Origin: Pseudomonadota bacterium
Lineage (GTDB): Bacteria > Desulfobacterota > Desulfobacteria > Desulfobacterales > Desulfobacteraceae
Reading direction: 5' to 3'
DNA length: 64,000 nt
Assembly: GCA_018821715.1 (NCBI GenBank)
Contig: JAHJLN010000208.1
Coordinates: 3,863 to 67,862 of the forward strand
Program-made: the position numbers and the translations under genes
Notes under the pieces: model-generated
Seen by the model: only the letters and a program-made list of their open reading frames with translations
Told to the model about the DNA's origin: nothing
Databases searched by the model: none
Shown here: in pieces, positions 28,571 to 38,537 of the stretch
Layout of the letters: every line of letters starts with the position of its first letter
Numbering within the stretch: position 1 is the stretch's first letter

Positions 28571-30187
28571 CTACATTCTAAATACACCAAAGCCGTGCGC
28601 CTGATCCCTCAGCGGCGCATTCAGGGATGCAGAAATGGCAAGCCCCAGCACATCCCTTGATTTTGCAGGATCAATAATGCCGTCATCCCACAGCTGGGAC
28701 GTGCTGTAATAGGCATTGCCCTCTTTAAAGGCTGCGTCCATTACCGGTTTTTTTATAAAATCATCCTCTTCTTTTGTCATGCAGTCCTGGCCTGCTCTTT
28801 TGCGCTGGTCATTGGTAATGGTAATCAGCACATCTGCGGCCTGTGCGCCCCCCATGACACCGATCTGGGCATTGGGCCACATCCATAAAAGTCTTGGCGA
28901 ATAGGCCCTGCCGCACATGGCATAGTTGCCTGCGCCAAAAGACGCGCCAACAATCAGGGTGAATTTGGGTACACTGGCATTGGCAACGGCATTAACCATC
29001 TTATGGCCGTCCTTTGTAATCCCGGCCCGCTCATAATCGCTTCCCACGATGAACCCGTTAATATTCTGCAAAAAAACAAGGGGGATTTTGCGCTTGTCAC
29101 ACAGCTGGATGAACTGGGTGGCTTTCTGGGCACTCTTGGAAAAAAGAATGCCGTTATTGGCAAGAATTCCCACAGGGTATCCATGGATATTTGCCCATCC
29201 TGTGACCAGGGTTTGCCCATACAATTCCTTAAATTCTAAAAATCTTGACCCGTCAACAATCCTGGCGATGACTTCTCTTATATCATAGGGCAGGGAAAGA
29301 TCCGGGCTGACAATCCCATACAGTTCTTTTGGATCGTATATAGGAGATTCAGGTTCTGTCATGGATAATGTTGATTTTTTATTGGCTGGCAGATTTTTTG
29401 TTATTTTTCTGATCATTCTAATGGCATGGGCATCATCTTCGGCATAATAATCAGACACACCTGATTCAGCGCAGTGAAGTTCGGCTCCCCCTAAATCATT
29501 GGCCAGAACCTCCTCGCCTGTGGCTGCCTTTACCAGGGGCGGTCCCCCAAGGAAAATGGCGCCATGCTGTTTTACATGGACGATCTCATCACACATGGCC
29601 ACCCCGTAGGCTCCGCCGGCCGTGCACAATCCCATGACCCCCACGATCTGGGGAATGCCCATTTTTGACATCCTGGCCTGGTTAAAAAAAATTCGCCCGC
29701 CGTCATCAATATCCGGGAAAATTTCAGATTGCAGCGGCAGATAGGCGCCTGCCGAATCCATCAAAGAGATGAAGGGCAGGCGGTTTTCCATGGCAATGGC
29801 CTGGCACCGCAATGTTTTTTTTACGCCCATGGGATAGATGGAGCCGCCTTTAATGGTGGCGTCATTGATACTGATCATGCATTCTTTGCCTTCAATGACG
29901 CCAATGCCGGCAACAAGTCCGGCCTTGTGTATTTTTCCGTCATACAGTCCCCGGGCAGCCAGTGGGGCAATTTCCAGGAACGGCGTGTTTTTATCCAGCA
30001 GCAGTTCCAGCTTTTTTTTTGCCGGCAGTTTGCCGGAGTCTTCATGCCGTTTTAAGGCTTTTGCTGACCGCTCGTTTAAAGACCTGTCCAGCTCGCTTTC
30101 AAGATCTTTAACAAGGGCAGTCATCTGATCATAGTTTTTCTTATATGTTTCTGACGTTACATCAACCTTGGTTTCAATTATGTCCAT
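28571..30187 (-). CDS. Acyl-CoA carboxylase carboxyltransferase subunit (geranyl-/methylcrotonyl-CoA carboxylase beta-like)
   Basis: NDATIKGG, DSAGAYLP, CTAGGAY, FLGGPPLVKAATGE, GAGNYAMCGRAY, C-terminal FGVFRM. Confidence 0.92.
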   Translation of the reverse strand: MDIIETKVDVTSETYKKNYDQMTALVKDLESELDRSLNERSAKALKRHEDSGKLPAKKKLELLLDKNTPFLEIAPLAARGLYDGKIHKAGLVAGIGVIEGKECMISINDATIKGGSIYPMGVKKTLRCQAIAMENRLPFISLMDSAGAYLPLQSEIFPDIDDGGRIFFNQARMSKMGIPQIVGVMGLCTAGGAYGVAMCDEIVHVKQHGAIFLGGPPLVKAATGEEVLANDLGGAELHCAESGVSDYYAEDDAHAIRMIRKITKNLPANKKSTLSMTEPESPIYDPKELYGIVSPDLSLPYDIREVIARIVDGSRFLEFKELYGQTLVTGWANIHGYPVGILANNGILFSKSAQKATQFIQLCDKRKIPLVFLQNINGFIVGSDYERAGITKDGHKMVNAVANASVPKFTLIVGASFGAGNYAMCGRAYSPRLLWMWPNAQIGVMGGAQAADVLITITNDQRKRAGQDCMTKEEDDFIKKPVMDAAFKEGNAYYSTSQLWDDGIIDPAKSRDVLGLAISASLNAPLRDQAHGFGVFRM

Positions 30188-30249
30188 AGTCCAACCTTTC
30201 ACTATTCATAGGCTATAATATACTTGTTAAGACAATTTAAAAAAGATCG

Positions 30250-30277
30250 GCTTTTAATTTATATAAAAATTAAAAGC
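30250..30277. terminator. AT-rich hairpin between the TetR gene and the carboxyltransferase gene
   Basis: GCTTTTAATTT...AAATTAAAAGC inverted repeat directly after the TetR stop. Confidence 0.4.
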
Positions 30278-30958
30278 TCAACTTTTAGAATCCAACATGG
30301 CTTGTGTCTTATTTGACACTCCCTGCTGTTTCACCGGCTGCTGAAGACTCCAGTGAACCGGAAGATTGTCTGTATTTGAAATACCCAGGACAATGGTGTC
30401 AATCATGGGATCCACAAGCTGCTCAAGATCATCCGGACTTCCGGTCATCACCCAGTTGGTAACCAGGTGCTCAATGGTTCCAAGGATCATTGAACGGATA
30501 AGGTACGGGTTGATATCTTTTTTAAATTCACCGGTTTCAATCCCCTGGTCAATCACCTGCGTGATCTGCTTGATCCCTGACTTGATCGCGATATGGCCCT
30601 CGGTATCCAGAAACCGTTTGTTATGCTTTAAATACAGCATCAGCACAGTGGCAAAGTCCGGATTTTTTTGATAGGAATCCATAAGGAGATACACAATGGC
30701 CCGAAGCTTGTTGGCTGCTCCCCGTATCAGTTTTAAATGAAAGGCCATGGTATCAAATAGGGCATGGGAAGACGCTGCAGGGATTGAAAATAAAAGTCCC
30801 TCTTTGGTTAAAAAATATTCATAGATGGAAGCTTCTGAAATTTTGGCCTCCCTGGCGATTTCAGATATGGTGGATTCGTTAAATCCTCTTTGGGCAAAGA
30901 CTTTAGTCGCAGTGTCAATGATCTTTTTTTTTCTGAGTTCTGTCTTGTTTTGTGCCAT
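30278..30958 (-). CDS. TetR/AcrR family regulator (FadR/YsiA-like)
   Basis: TISEIAREAKISEASIYEYF HTH; heads the atu-like cluster. Confidence 0.92.
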   Translation of the reverse strand: MAQNKTELRKKKIIDTATKVFAQRGFNESTISEIAREAKISEASIYEYFLTKEGLLFSIPAASSHALFDTMAFHLKLIRGAANKLRAIVYLLMDSYQKNPDFATVLMLYLKHNKRFLDTEGHIAIKSGIKQITQVIDQGIETGEFKKDINPYLIRSMILGTIEHLVTNWVMTGSPDDLEQLVDPMIDTIVLGISNTDNLPVHWSLQQPVKQQGVSNKTQAMLDSKS

Positions 30959-31193
30959 TGCAATCCCTTGTTAAATAATTTTTATCGACCAATATTTAAT
31001 TTATTAGAGTAGGGCTTTTATATTGTCAATAAAATAATTGTTAAACTATAATTATTTGATATTCAGGATCGAAAATAACCGTAATCAGAAGTTTTTAAAT
31101 TTGCATGGGATTGCTCTGATAATGGCTGACAGGTATCTTGATATATATAAAAATAAATTGATGAGAGTTTGACAAACATGTTATAAAAACAGA

Positions 31194-31298
31194 ATGAAAG
31201 AGAAGAAAAACAAGAAAAATATCATGATACGATTCCTGGAATGGCTTGCCAGAGGCAACAAAAAGCAAGCCGAAAAAGGGAATTTGTGTAAATCTTGA
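31194..31298 (+). CDS. Putative small protein (34 aa)
   Basis: MKEKKNKKNIMIRFLEWLARGNKKQAEKGNLCKS; TTGACA shortly upstream; below the ORF-track cutoff. Confidence 0.45.
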   Translation: MKEKKNKKNIMIRFLEWLARGNKKQAEKGNLCKS

Positions 31299-31342
31299 AT
31301 CAGCAAAAAATAAGCCGCCGGTCAGGCGGGACAGATCAATAA

Positions 31343-32347
31343 TTAGAATGCTTTAAAAGCTTGAATGGTATAGTCAATATCTTTACTTGAGATATCCAGA
31401 TGCGTAACCAGTCTTAACTCATTGCTTTTATCAATAATAATTCCTTTTGAGGCTAAAAAGTCACACAAAGGGTCCATGTCTGCCTTGATGTCTGCAAAGA
31501 TGATATTGGTCTGCACCGTTTCAATGTCAATGTGAATCTTGTCGATTTCATTCAATCCCTCGGCCAGGGCCAGGGCATTTACATGGTCTGTTTCAAGCCG
31601 TAAAAGATTGTTTGAAAGAGCGTAAATACCCGCAGCAGCAAGGATACCAGCCTGTCTCATGCCGCCGCCCAATACCTTGCGCCATCGCCGTGCTTTTTTT
31701 ATCTGGTCTTTTGACCCGCAAAGAACAGACCCAACAGGTGCACCAAGACCCTTTGAAAGGCAGCAGGAAATAGTATCAAAATATTGTGTAATTTCTTTGA
31801 CATCTATCTTTAATTTGACAGCAGCATTAAAGACCCTCGCCCCGTCAAGATGCAGCATTAATTTGTTGTTCCTTGCAAATGCGCTTGCTTTCTTCAGGTA
31901 TTCCAGGGGCAAGACTTTTCCGGCATGGGTGTTTTCAAGGCATAACAGTTTTGTTCTGGCAAAGTGGAAATCATCAGGCTTTATAAATTTTGAGACGGTT
32001 TCAAGGTTTAAGGTTCCGTCTTCTTCAAAATCCAGGGGCTGGGGCTGAATGCTGCCAAGAACGGCTGCGCCGCCGCCCTCGTACCGATAGGTGTGGGCAC
32101 GCTGGCCCACAATATACTCATCGCCTCTTTCACAATGGGTCAACAGGGCCAGCAGATTGCTCTGGGTGCCGCTGGTGCAGAAAATCGCATCCCTGGTTCC
32201 CAGAAGTTTTGCGGCAAGGGCTTCAAGTTCGTTTACAGTGGGGTCTTCTCCATAGACATCATCTCCTACCGCAGCCTTCATCATGGCGTCTCGCATGGCG
32301 GCCGAAGGCCTGGTCACGGTATCGCTTCTTAAATCAATCTGTTTCAT
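31343..32347 (-). CDS. ltaE: Low-specificity L-threonine aldolase
   Basis: IDLRSDTVTRP, GDDVYGEDPTV, HLDGARVFNA, CLSKGLGAPVGS, GGGMRQAG. Confidence 0.96.
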   Translation of the reverse strand: MKQIDLRSDTVTRPSAAMRDAMMKAAVGDDVYGEDPTVNELEALAAKLLGTRDAIFCTSGTQSNLLALLTHCERGDEYIVGQRAHTYRYEGGGAAVLGSIQPQPLDFEEDGTLNLETVSKFIKPDDFHFARTKLLCLENTHAGKVLPLEYLKKASAFARNNKLMLHLDGARVFNAAVKLKIDVKEITQYFDTISCCLSKGLGAPVGSVLCGSKDQIKKARRWRKVLGGGMRQAGILAAAGIYALSNNLLRLETDHVNALALAEGLNEIDKIHIDIETVQTNIIFADIKADMDPLCDFLASKGIIIDKSNELRLVTHLDISSKDIDYTIQAFKAF

Positions 32348-32413
32348 TTTTCTATCTGTTTTCCATAAAAAGGGTTTGGGTTATGAAATAGTACCTACAC
32401 TTTTTTGTGATGA

Positions 32414-33427
32414 TTAAAAAGGATATCTTTTCATTTTTGATAAATGGTGATGTAATTTTTGAACGAGATTCTCATCCATCAGAAGATATTTTGAATCTGT
32501 TGAGATTTTCTTTAGATTACAAAGTACTATTCCAGCTAAAATGAATGTTGCCCCAATGATGTGATATGTTGCCATTCCTTCATTAAGAATAATAATGGAG
32601 AGAAATGAACCAAATACCGGCATCAGGTGGATATACATTCCGGCTTTAACCGGTCCGATAATAGATACGCCATGATTCCAGAAAAGAAATGCCAAAACTG
32701 AAGCAAAAAGACTGATATAAAGAAGGCCCAACAGGCTGGAGACGTTGATGGATATTTCCGGTTCCATAAACAGGCTTGTCATATAAAAGGGAATCATCAT
32801 GGCAAGCCCTGCAGTTACGGTACTTGTCAACAGAACGATTTGGGGTAATTGCCTATTTTGCTGCTTTAAGAGGATGGCGTATACTGCCCACATGGGCACA
32901 GCTATCAACATCCATATATCCCCTGAATTGAAGTTAAAGTTTTGCAATGCCAATGGATTCCCATGGCATATCAATGTAACTGCTCCCACAAGTGATACAA
33001 GGATCCCAATGGTTTGGGAAACACGAATGGGTTCCTTGAAAAATAGACGCGCTATCAATACAATTGCCATGGGTGATGTGGATAAAATAATTAAGGCATT
33101 AATGGCAGTAGTGGTGGTAAGCGCCGTGTAAACACAGATATGGAAGCAGGCAATGCCGGTGAATCCCAAAGCTGTGATTATTTTCCATTCTGATTTAATG
33201 ATGGCTTTGTGCCTCAGAATTTGTTTATGGCTTAAAGGAATCAATACAATAAGGGCAATAACCCACCGCCAGAAGTTCAGCTGTATGGGGGGTATATCAC
33301 CTTTCAGCGCACGACCCGCAATGAAATTTCCAGACCAGAGCAACGCTGCACACGTTAATGCCATATAGGGTGAAAAAAAAACAGTTCTCAATGCAGCGTA
33401 AGCCTGTTTTGCAGAATTTTTCATCAT
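32414..33427 (-). CDS. DMT/EamA family transporter
   Basis: About 10 TM, LWSGNFIAGR, two EamA repeats; RBS GGAG before ATG 33427/33424. Confidence 0.9.
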   Translation of the reverse strand: MMKNSAKQAYAALRTVFFSPYMALTCAALLWSGNFIAGRALKGDIPPIQLNFWRWVIALIVLIPLSHKQILRHKAIIKSEWKIITALGFTGIACFHICVYTALTTTTAINALIILSTSPMAIVLIARLFFKEPIRVSQTIGILVSLVGAVTLICHGNPLALQNFNFNSGDIWMLIAVPMWAVYAILLKQQNRQLPQIVLLTSTVTAGLAMMIPFYMTSLFMEPEISINVSSLLGLLYISLFASVLAFLFWNHGVSIIGPVKAGMYIHLMPVFGSFLSIIILNEGMATYHIIGATFILAGIVLCNLKKISTDSKYLLMDENLVQKLHHHLSKMKRYPF

Positions 33428-33820
33428 TTCTCCCAAACAATACAAATTTATCATGCTGGATGATATCGTTCCAGCGACCATTTGTCATGGGACCTGGGAC
33501 TCAATTTTCCGTAAAAATAAGGACAAAAGAAAATATGGTCGGGACCTTTGCCCTATTTCAAGAATTTTGTAATCTTGTGTGATGCCTTTATCACAGACCA
33601 GAACAATCACCCGGCCAAATCATTCCAAGTGCTGGGCGAATAAATTATAGGCAGGTGTCTGTTGAAAAGACTGACCGGACGATTTTTTGATTAATGTTAA
33701 GATTTGCCTTGACAGAAGAAACCGCTCTGACTATGGGTTGAAATGATGTGTTAGCGAAAAAGGAAAACAAAGCATTTACAGGGATCAGACTTCACAAATT
33801 TTTACACAAAGGGAGGCAGT

Positions 33821-34918
33821 TTGATTCAGCAGCAGATTCGATTTTGCCGAACCCCTGATGGTGTCCGATTGGCCTATGCAGTGGCAGGCAGTGGTCCGCC
33901 GCTTGTAAAAACAGCCAATTGGCTCAGTCATATTGAATATGAATGGCAAAGCCCGGTATGGCGCCACTGGTATGAAAATCTGGCGAGACATTTTACCTTG
34001 ATTCGATACGATCAGCGTGGCTGCGGACTTTCTGATTGGGATGTGAAGTCTATCACTTTTGACTCCTGGGTGCAGGATCTGGAATGTGTGGTCAAGGCAG
34101 TGGGATTAGAGAAGTTTCCATTGCTGGGTATATCCCAGGGGGGTGCCGTTGCTGTTGCTTATGCCAAACTGTATCCCAAAAAGGTCAGCCATCTGATTTT
34201 ATATGGCAGCTATCTGCGGGGCAGGCTGAACCGTAATCTAAAAAAACAGCAGGTGGAGGAAACTGATGTGCTCATTAACCTCATCAGGCTTGGCTGGGGG
34301 AGCGAAAAACCCGCTTTTCGCCAGGTGTTTACGACCTTGTTTATTCCGGACGCTACGCTTGGGCAGATTCAGTCGCTCAACGAACTCCATAAAATTTCAA
34401 CCTCTGCTGAAAATGCTGTGAAGATTGTCAACTGCTTTGATAAAATTGATGTGTCAGACCTTTCTGCCCGGATTGAAACCCCCACGCTTATCCTGCACTC
34501 AAAAGATGATGCCCGAGTACCCTTTGAGGAGGGACGGCTGGCAGCTTCTTTGATTCCCGGCGCCCAATTCATTATGCTGGAGAGTAAAAATCATATTTTA
34601 CTGGCGTCAGAACCAGCCTGGCAAAAGTTTATAAAATCCATACTTGATTTTATTGATTCTAAAAAAGACGGGATAAAGAAGGTAAAAACTTTTTCAAAGT
34701 TTTCTCTTTTGACCCACCGGGAAAAACAAGTGTTGGAGCTTATCGCCCAGGGGATCAACAATAATGAGATTGCCGTGCAGTTATTTGTCAGTCCCAAGAC
34801 CATTCGAAATCATATCACCAATATTTTCGGGAAGCTGGAGATCAGCAATCGATCCAAAATCATTGTCATGGCTCGCGAGGCTGGAATGGGCCATGGCATA
34901 GAAAAATTCGATAAATAG
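33821..34918 (+). CDS. Alpha/beta-hydrolase fold sensor fused to LuxR HTH regulator
   Basis: RYDQRGCGLSD, GISQGG nucleophile elbow, C-terminal LTHREKQVL...SPKTIRNH; TTG start with GGGAGG RBS. Confidence 0.92.
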   Translation: MIQQQIRFCRTPDGVRLAYAVAGSGPPLVKTANWLSHIEYEWQSPVWRHWYENLARHFTLIRYDQRGCGLSDWDVKSITFDSWVQDLECVVKAVGLEKFPLLGISQGGAVAVAYAKLYPKKVSHLILYGSYLRGRLNRNLKKQQVEETDVLINLIRLGWGSEKPAFRQVFTTLFIPDATLGQIQSLNELHKISTSAENAVKIVNCFDKIDVSDLSARIETPTLILHSKDDARVPFEEGRLAASLIPGAQFIMLESKNHILLASEPAWQKFIKSILDFIDSKKDGIKKVKTFSKFSLLTHREKQVLELIAQGINNNEIAVQLFVSPKTIRNHITNIFGKLEISNRSKIIVMAREAGMGHGIEKFDK

Positions 34919-34932
34919 GAGATCATCCCTTT

Positions 34933-37755
34933 CTATTTTGACAGGTTATCTTTTAATACAGCGGTTAATATATCAATCAGATCCTTGAATTCAAAGGGTT
35001 TTTGAATAAAAGCATCGGGCGGGTCTTTTATTTTGCCCAGTCCGATCTGATCCTGGCCATACCCGCTTGAAAGGATGATTTTAAGGGAGGGTTCCATCTG
35101 TCTTAACTCTTCAAGAGCGGTTATGCCGTTTTTGTTGGGCATGGTGACATCTAGAATGATCAGCTGGATGGTTTCCCGGTTTTCTTTGAAAAGATCTATG
35201 GCCTCCTGGCCATCCGATGCCAGAAGCACGTTAAACCCTAATTTTTCCAGTAGCCGTTGCCCAATAGTCCTTACCTGAAGGTCATCGTCGGCAAGAATAA
35301 TATTACCTGAAAACTTGGGTATTTTTTTATCCGCTTTTTTTGAATGTGAAATGGTTTTTGCTGGAGGTTGTACAAGAGCGCCTGGAATCAGCATGCTTAT
35401 GCGTGTCCCTTTTTTCGGCGTGCTTTTAATCTCCATGGTTCCGTTATGGGCTTTAATAATCCCTGCAACCACGGATAATCCCAGGCCGCGGCCGGTAAAT
35501 TTGGTTGAAAAAAAAGGTTCAAGAATTTTGTCAGCTATTTCTATGTCTATGCCGCTGCCATTGTCAGATATTTCACAGCAGACATAATCGTCTTTTTGAA
35601 ACTCAGAGCTGCGAAACGGTGTTGCATGATCAATTCCATGGGCAGAGGAGGGAAATGTCCGGATTGAAATTCTGCCGTTGGCAGCTTCAATGGATTCATC
35701 CGCATTAAGGATCAGGTTAAGGAGCACTTCTTTAATCTGGGCTGGATCAATGAAGCAGAACAAGGGCGATGAATCAAGGCAAATCGTCATGTCCGTGGTG
35801 CCACGAATGGTGTTACGCAAAAGTTCCTCTGTCTCTAAGATGAGGGTGGAAAGATCTGTGATCTGCCTGTCCAGGTTACCCTGGCCGACATAGGTCAGCA
35901 TGGACCTTGAGATTTGAGACGCTTTCTTGGCAGAGCTCAAGGCATTGGAGACCAGGGAATGACTATCAGAATCATCAGGGAGTAGCAGTTGAAGCAGCTC
36001 GATGTTTCCTTGAACCGCCATCATAATATTGTTGTAGTGATGGGCAATGGCGCCGGCCATCACATTCAGGCTTTTGTATCGCCTGGCCTGTTCCAGTTCC
36101 TTTACAAAAGCAAGTTTCTCTTTTTCTGCGGCCATGCGCTGGGAAATATTTTCGATGATCCAGATAACCCCTTTAGTCACATCCTGTTCAGATATCAGGC
36201 GGCCGCGCATATGGCACCAGATAAGGGAGCCGTCTTTTTTTTTAAACTGGATATCTGTCTCATAAGTATCCTGGTTCATCAACACGGGATAGGCGGTATT
36301 CCCAAAGGCTTCATAGGCTTGCTCGGTTAAATGGAACCGCCGGGTGTTTCCCCCGATCAGTTCATCATATCCAAAACCGCTTATCTTGACCACTTCATGA
36401 TTGACCCGCCGGATTAATCTGTCCTGGGTGACAAAAACAATACCAATGGGGGAATTGTCCAGAATGGACTGCATTTCCGCGCTTAACACCATGAGTTTTT
36501 GGCTGGTCTGCTCAGCAAATGCCATTGCTTTGTGAAGCTCCCGGGTTCGGTTTTTTACTTTTTGTTCAAGGGTAATGTGCAGGCGTTTTAAATTTTGCTC
36601 AGCCAGGTTGCGTCTCCTGATATTGATGGACAGGGCAATGATGACAATTCCCATGATTGCGAAAAAAAAGGCCACCTGCCATACAAATGTTGTATATTCT
36701 CTGTAAAAGGAAAAGGGTCTGTTAATAATGATACTCTCAAGGGGTAATTTTTTTTCATTAATCTGCCAGCGGACCAATTGTTCGTAATCAAACATATACT
36801 GGTTGGATCTGTTTCTCAAAACCGGGATGTTTTCAGGAGGGATGCCGGATAGTATTTTTTTGGCAATCAATCCTGCAGCCTTACCCTGAAAATGGCCTGA
36901 GATTAAATTTCCGCCAATAATGCCATGCCCCAGGTAAAAGTCCAGCAGACCGTATACCGGAACCGGGCTTGCCCGGGTAATCAGACTTGTGCTCTCCTGG
37001 GGGGAATAGAACCGGTTCAATTGATCTCTGAAGAATACACCGTAAATCACGATATAGTCGTCGGATAGGTTGCGTAATGTTTCCAGAAGAATGCCCATGG
37101 GCAGGTCATCGGCATAGGAAATGTTCAGCTTGCCGGCATATGCTGCAAGGTCTTTTTGAAGGGTGTTTGTCCATGCTTTTCCCGTGGGCAGGTAATCGTT
37201 GATAATCAGGACATTTCTTGTTTTGGGATGCAATAACAGGGCAATTTCAAGTGTGGTTTTGGCATCAACGGTTTCTGCGATACCTGTGAAACCGGAAAGC
37301 CCGTCCAGCAGTTGATCCTGAAAAAAATTAACCCCGCAGAAAACAACCGGAATTCCTGGAAAGAGAGCATCTCTGTATTGGCGTATGAAATCAAAGGCAT
37401 TGTTATCTGAAACAATGATGAGCTTTATTTTAAGATGTTTATATTTATGAAGATAAACTGCCAGCAGTTTATCCCTGTAATCCTCAGTATATGGAATTCT
37501 TTTGGTGTCCATGTTTTCAACATGAAGGTCTATATGATTTTTTTCAGGCTGCAGTTCTTTCTGTAGGCCTGAAAATAAATCTTGTTCCCAGGCAAGACTT
37601 TGATGATAGGAGTTGATCATTAAAATATGGGTAGAATCACCTGCAAGAGCCTGACTTTGGCATATCATCAGAATCAGGAAAAAAAAGACGGCCGACTTTA
37701 AAAAAGTGGATCGTATATTTTGACCAGGTCTGTCATTGAAAATAGGTGTGTTCAA
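34933..37755 (-). CDS. Hybrid sensor histidine kinase/response regulator (periplasmic SBP-like domain, PAS, HisKA, HATPase, REC)
   Basis: AGAIAHHYNN H-box, DNGSGI, FFSTKFTGRGLGLS, REC LADDD...LDVTMP...QKP. Confidence 0.93.
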   Translation of the reverse strand: MNTPIFNDRPGQNIRSTFLKSAVFFFLILMICQSQALAGDSTHILMINSYHQSLAWEQDLFSGLQKELQPEKNHIDLHVENMDTKRIPYTEDYRDKLLAVYLHKYKHLKIKLIIVSDNNAFDFIRQYRDALFPGIPVVFCGVNFFQDQLLDGLSGFTGIAETVDAKTTLEIALLLHPKTRNVLIINDYLPTGKAWTNTLQKDLAAYAGKLNISYADDLPMGILLETLRNLSDDYIVIYGVFFRDQLNRFYSPQESTSLITRASPVPVYGLLDFYLGHGIIGGNLISGHFQGKAAGLIAKKILSGIPPENIPVLRNRSNQYMFDYEQLVRWQINEKKLPLESIIINRPFSFYREYTTFVWQVAFFFAIMGIVIIALSINIRRRNLAEQNLKRLHITLEQKVKNRTRELHKAMAFAEQTSQKLMVLSAEMQSILDNSPIGIVFVTQDRLIRRVNHEVVKISGFGYDELIGGNTRRFHLTEQAYEAFGNTAYPVLMNQDTYETDIQFKKKDGSLIWCHMRGRLISEQDVTKGVIWIIENISQRMAAEKEKLAFVKELEQARRYKSLNVMAGAIAHHYNNIMMAVQGNIELLQLLLPDDSDSHSLVSNALSSAKKASQISRSMLTYVGQGNLDRQITDLSTLILETEELLRNTIRGTTDMTICLDSSPLFCFIDPAQIKEVLLNLILNADESIEAANGRISIRTFPSSAHGIDHATPFRSSEFQKDDYVCCEISDNGSGIDIEIADKILEPFFSTKFTGRGLGLSVVAGIIKAHNGTMEIKSTPKKGTRISMLIPGALVQPPAKTISHSKKADKKIPKFSGNIILADDDLQVRTIGQRLLEKLGFNVLLASDGQEAIDLFKENRETIQLIILDVTMPNKNGITALEELRQMEPSLKIILSSGYGQDQIGLGKIKDPPDAFIQKPFEFKDLIDILTAVLKDNLSK

Positions 37756-38101
37756 AACCGACCTCCACTCAAGTTGTCAAGCCATAATATGAGTAACCGT
37801 AACGCTTACTTCAGTTATGGTACAGATGGTCTGCCAAATCTGTACTTAAAAGCCTACCATAACAAAATAGAAGGTACAACTTGAATTCAGAAACAGGATG
37901 GATTTTGTTACATTCAAAGTACGGTTTTCAAGCTTTGACAAACCTGAAAGAAATATGGTATCTATTTAGATAATTCAGTTACTGGCCTCATTTAAATATA
38001 GATTCCAATTGTGTTAAAATACGTTCTCCAGGGAACTGAGATTCATCCTGACAATGCATTCCTCTTTTTCTTTTTATTAATTTACAAAAAAGGAGGGTAT
38101 T

Positions 38102-38431
38102 ATGGCAGTTTCCGTTATTATTCAACGAACAGTGCGCGATGAGAAAACAGCAGCTTTACTGGCACCAATGATCGTAAAGCTCAGGTCCATGGCAACAGCC
38201 CAGCCGGGCTACATTACCGGTCAAGCCTTCAGCTGCCTGGACTGCGAGGGGGAGTATATGGTCATCAGCACCTGGGCCAATCTTGAAGACTGGAACTTAT
38301 GGATGCACAAAGAAGAACGTCAGGCCATTCAAAAGAAGATAGATGAATTGCTGGGGGAAAAAACCGGATACCGGTATTATGAACCCATAGTGGGGGGGAT
38401 TACACCGGTGTTCAAGGGTGATGCAGCCTGA
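38102..38431 (+). CDS. Antibiotic biosynthesis monooxygenase (ABM) family protein
   Basis: LRSMATAQPGYITG...VISTW...W; RBS AAGGAGG. Confidence 0.85.
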   Translation: MAVSVIIQRTVRDEKTAALLAPMIVKLRSMATAQPGYITGQAFSCLDCEGEYMVISTWANLEDWNLWMHKEERQAIQKKIDELLGEKTGYRYYEPIVGGITPVFKGDAA

Positions 38432-38537
38432 CCGAGCCTGTCTGTTAATTGTTGATGGTTAATGTCTCCAAATATTGATTAATTTATAAAAAACTGCCAT
38501 TAATAGGGCAAAAATCAATTTTAGGGAGACTTGACTG

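Noticed and set aside
33600-33700. Structured-looking intergenic sequence (CAGGTGTCTGTTGAAAAGACTGACCGGACG)
   Set aside because: I could not match it to any riboswitch or ncRNA consensus I know; needs an Rfam scan.
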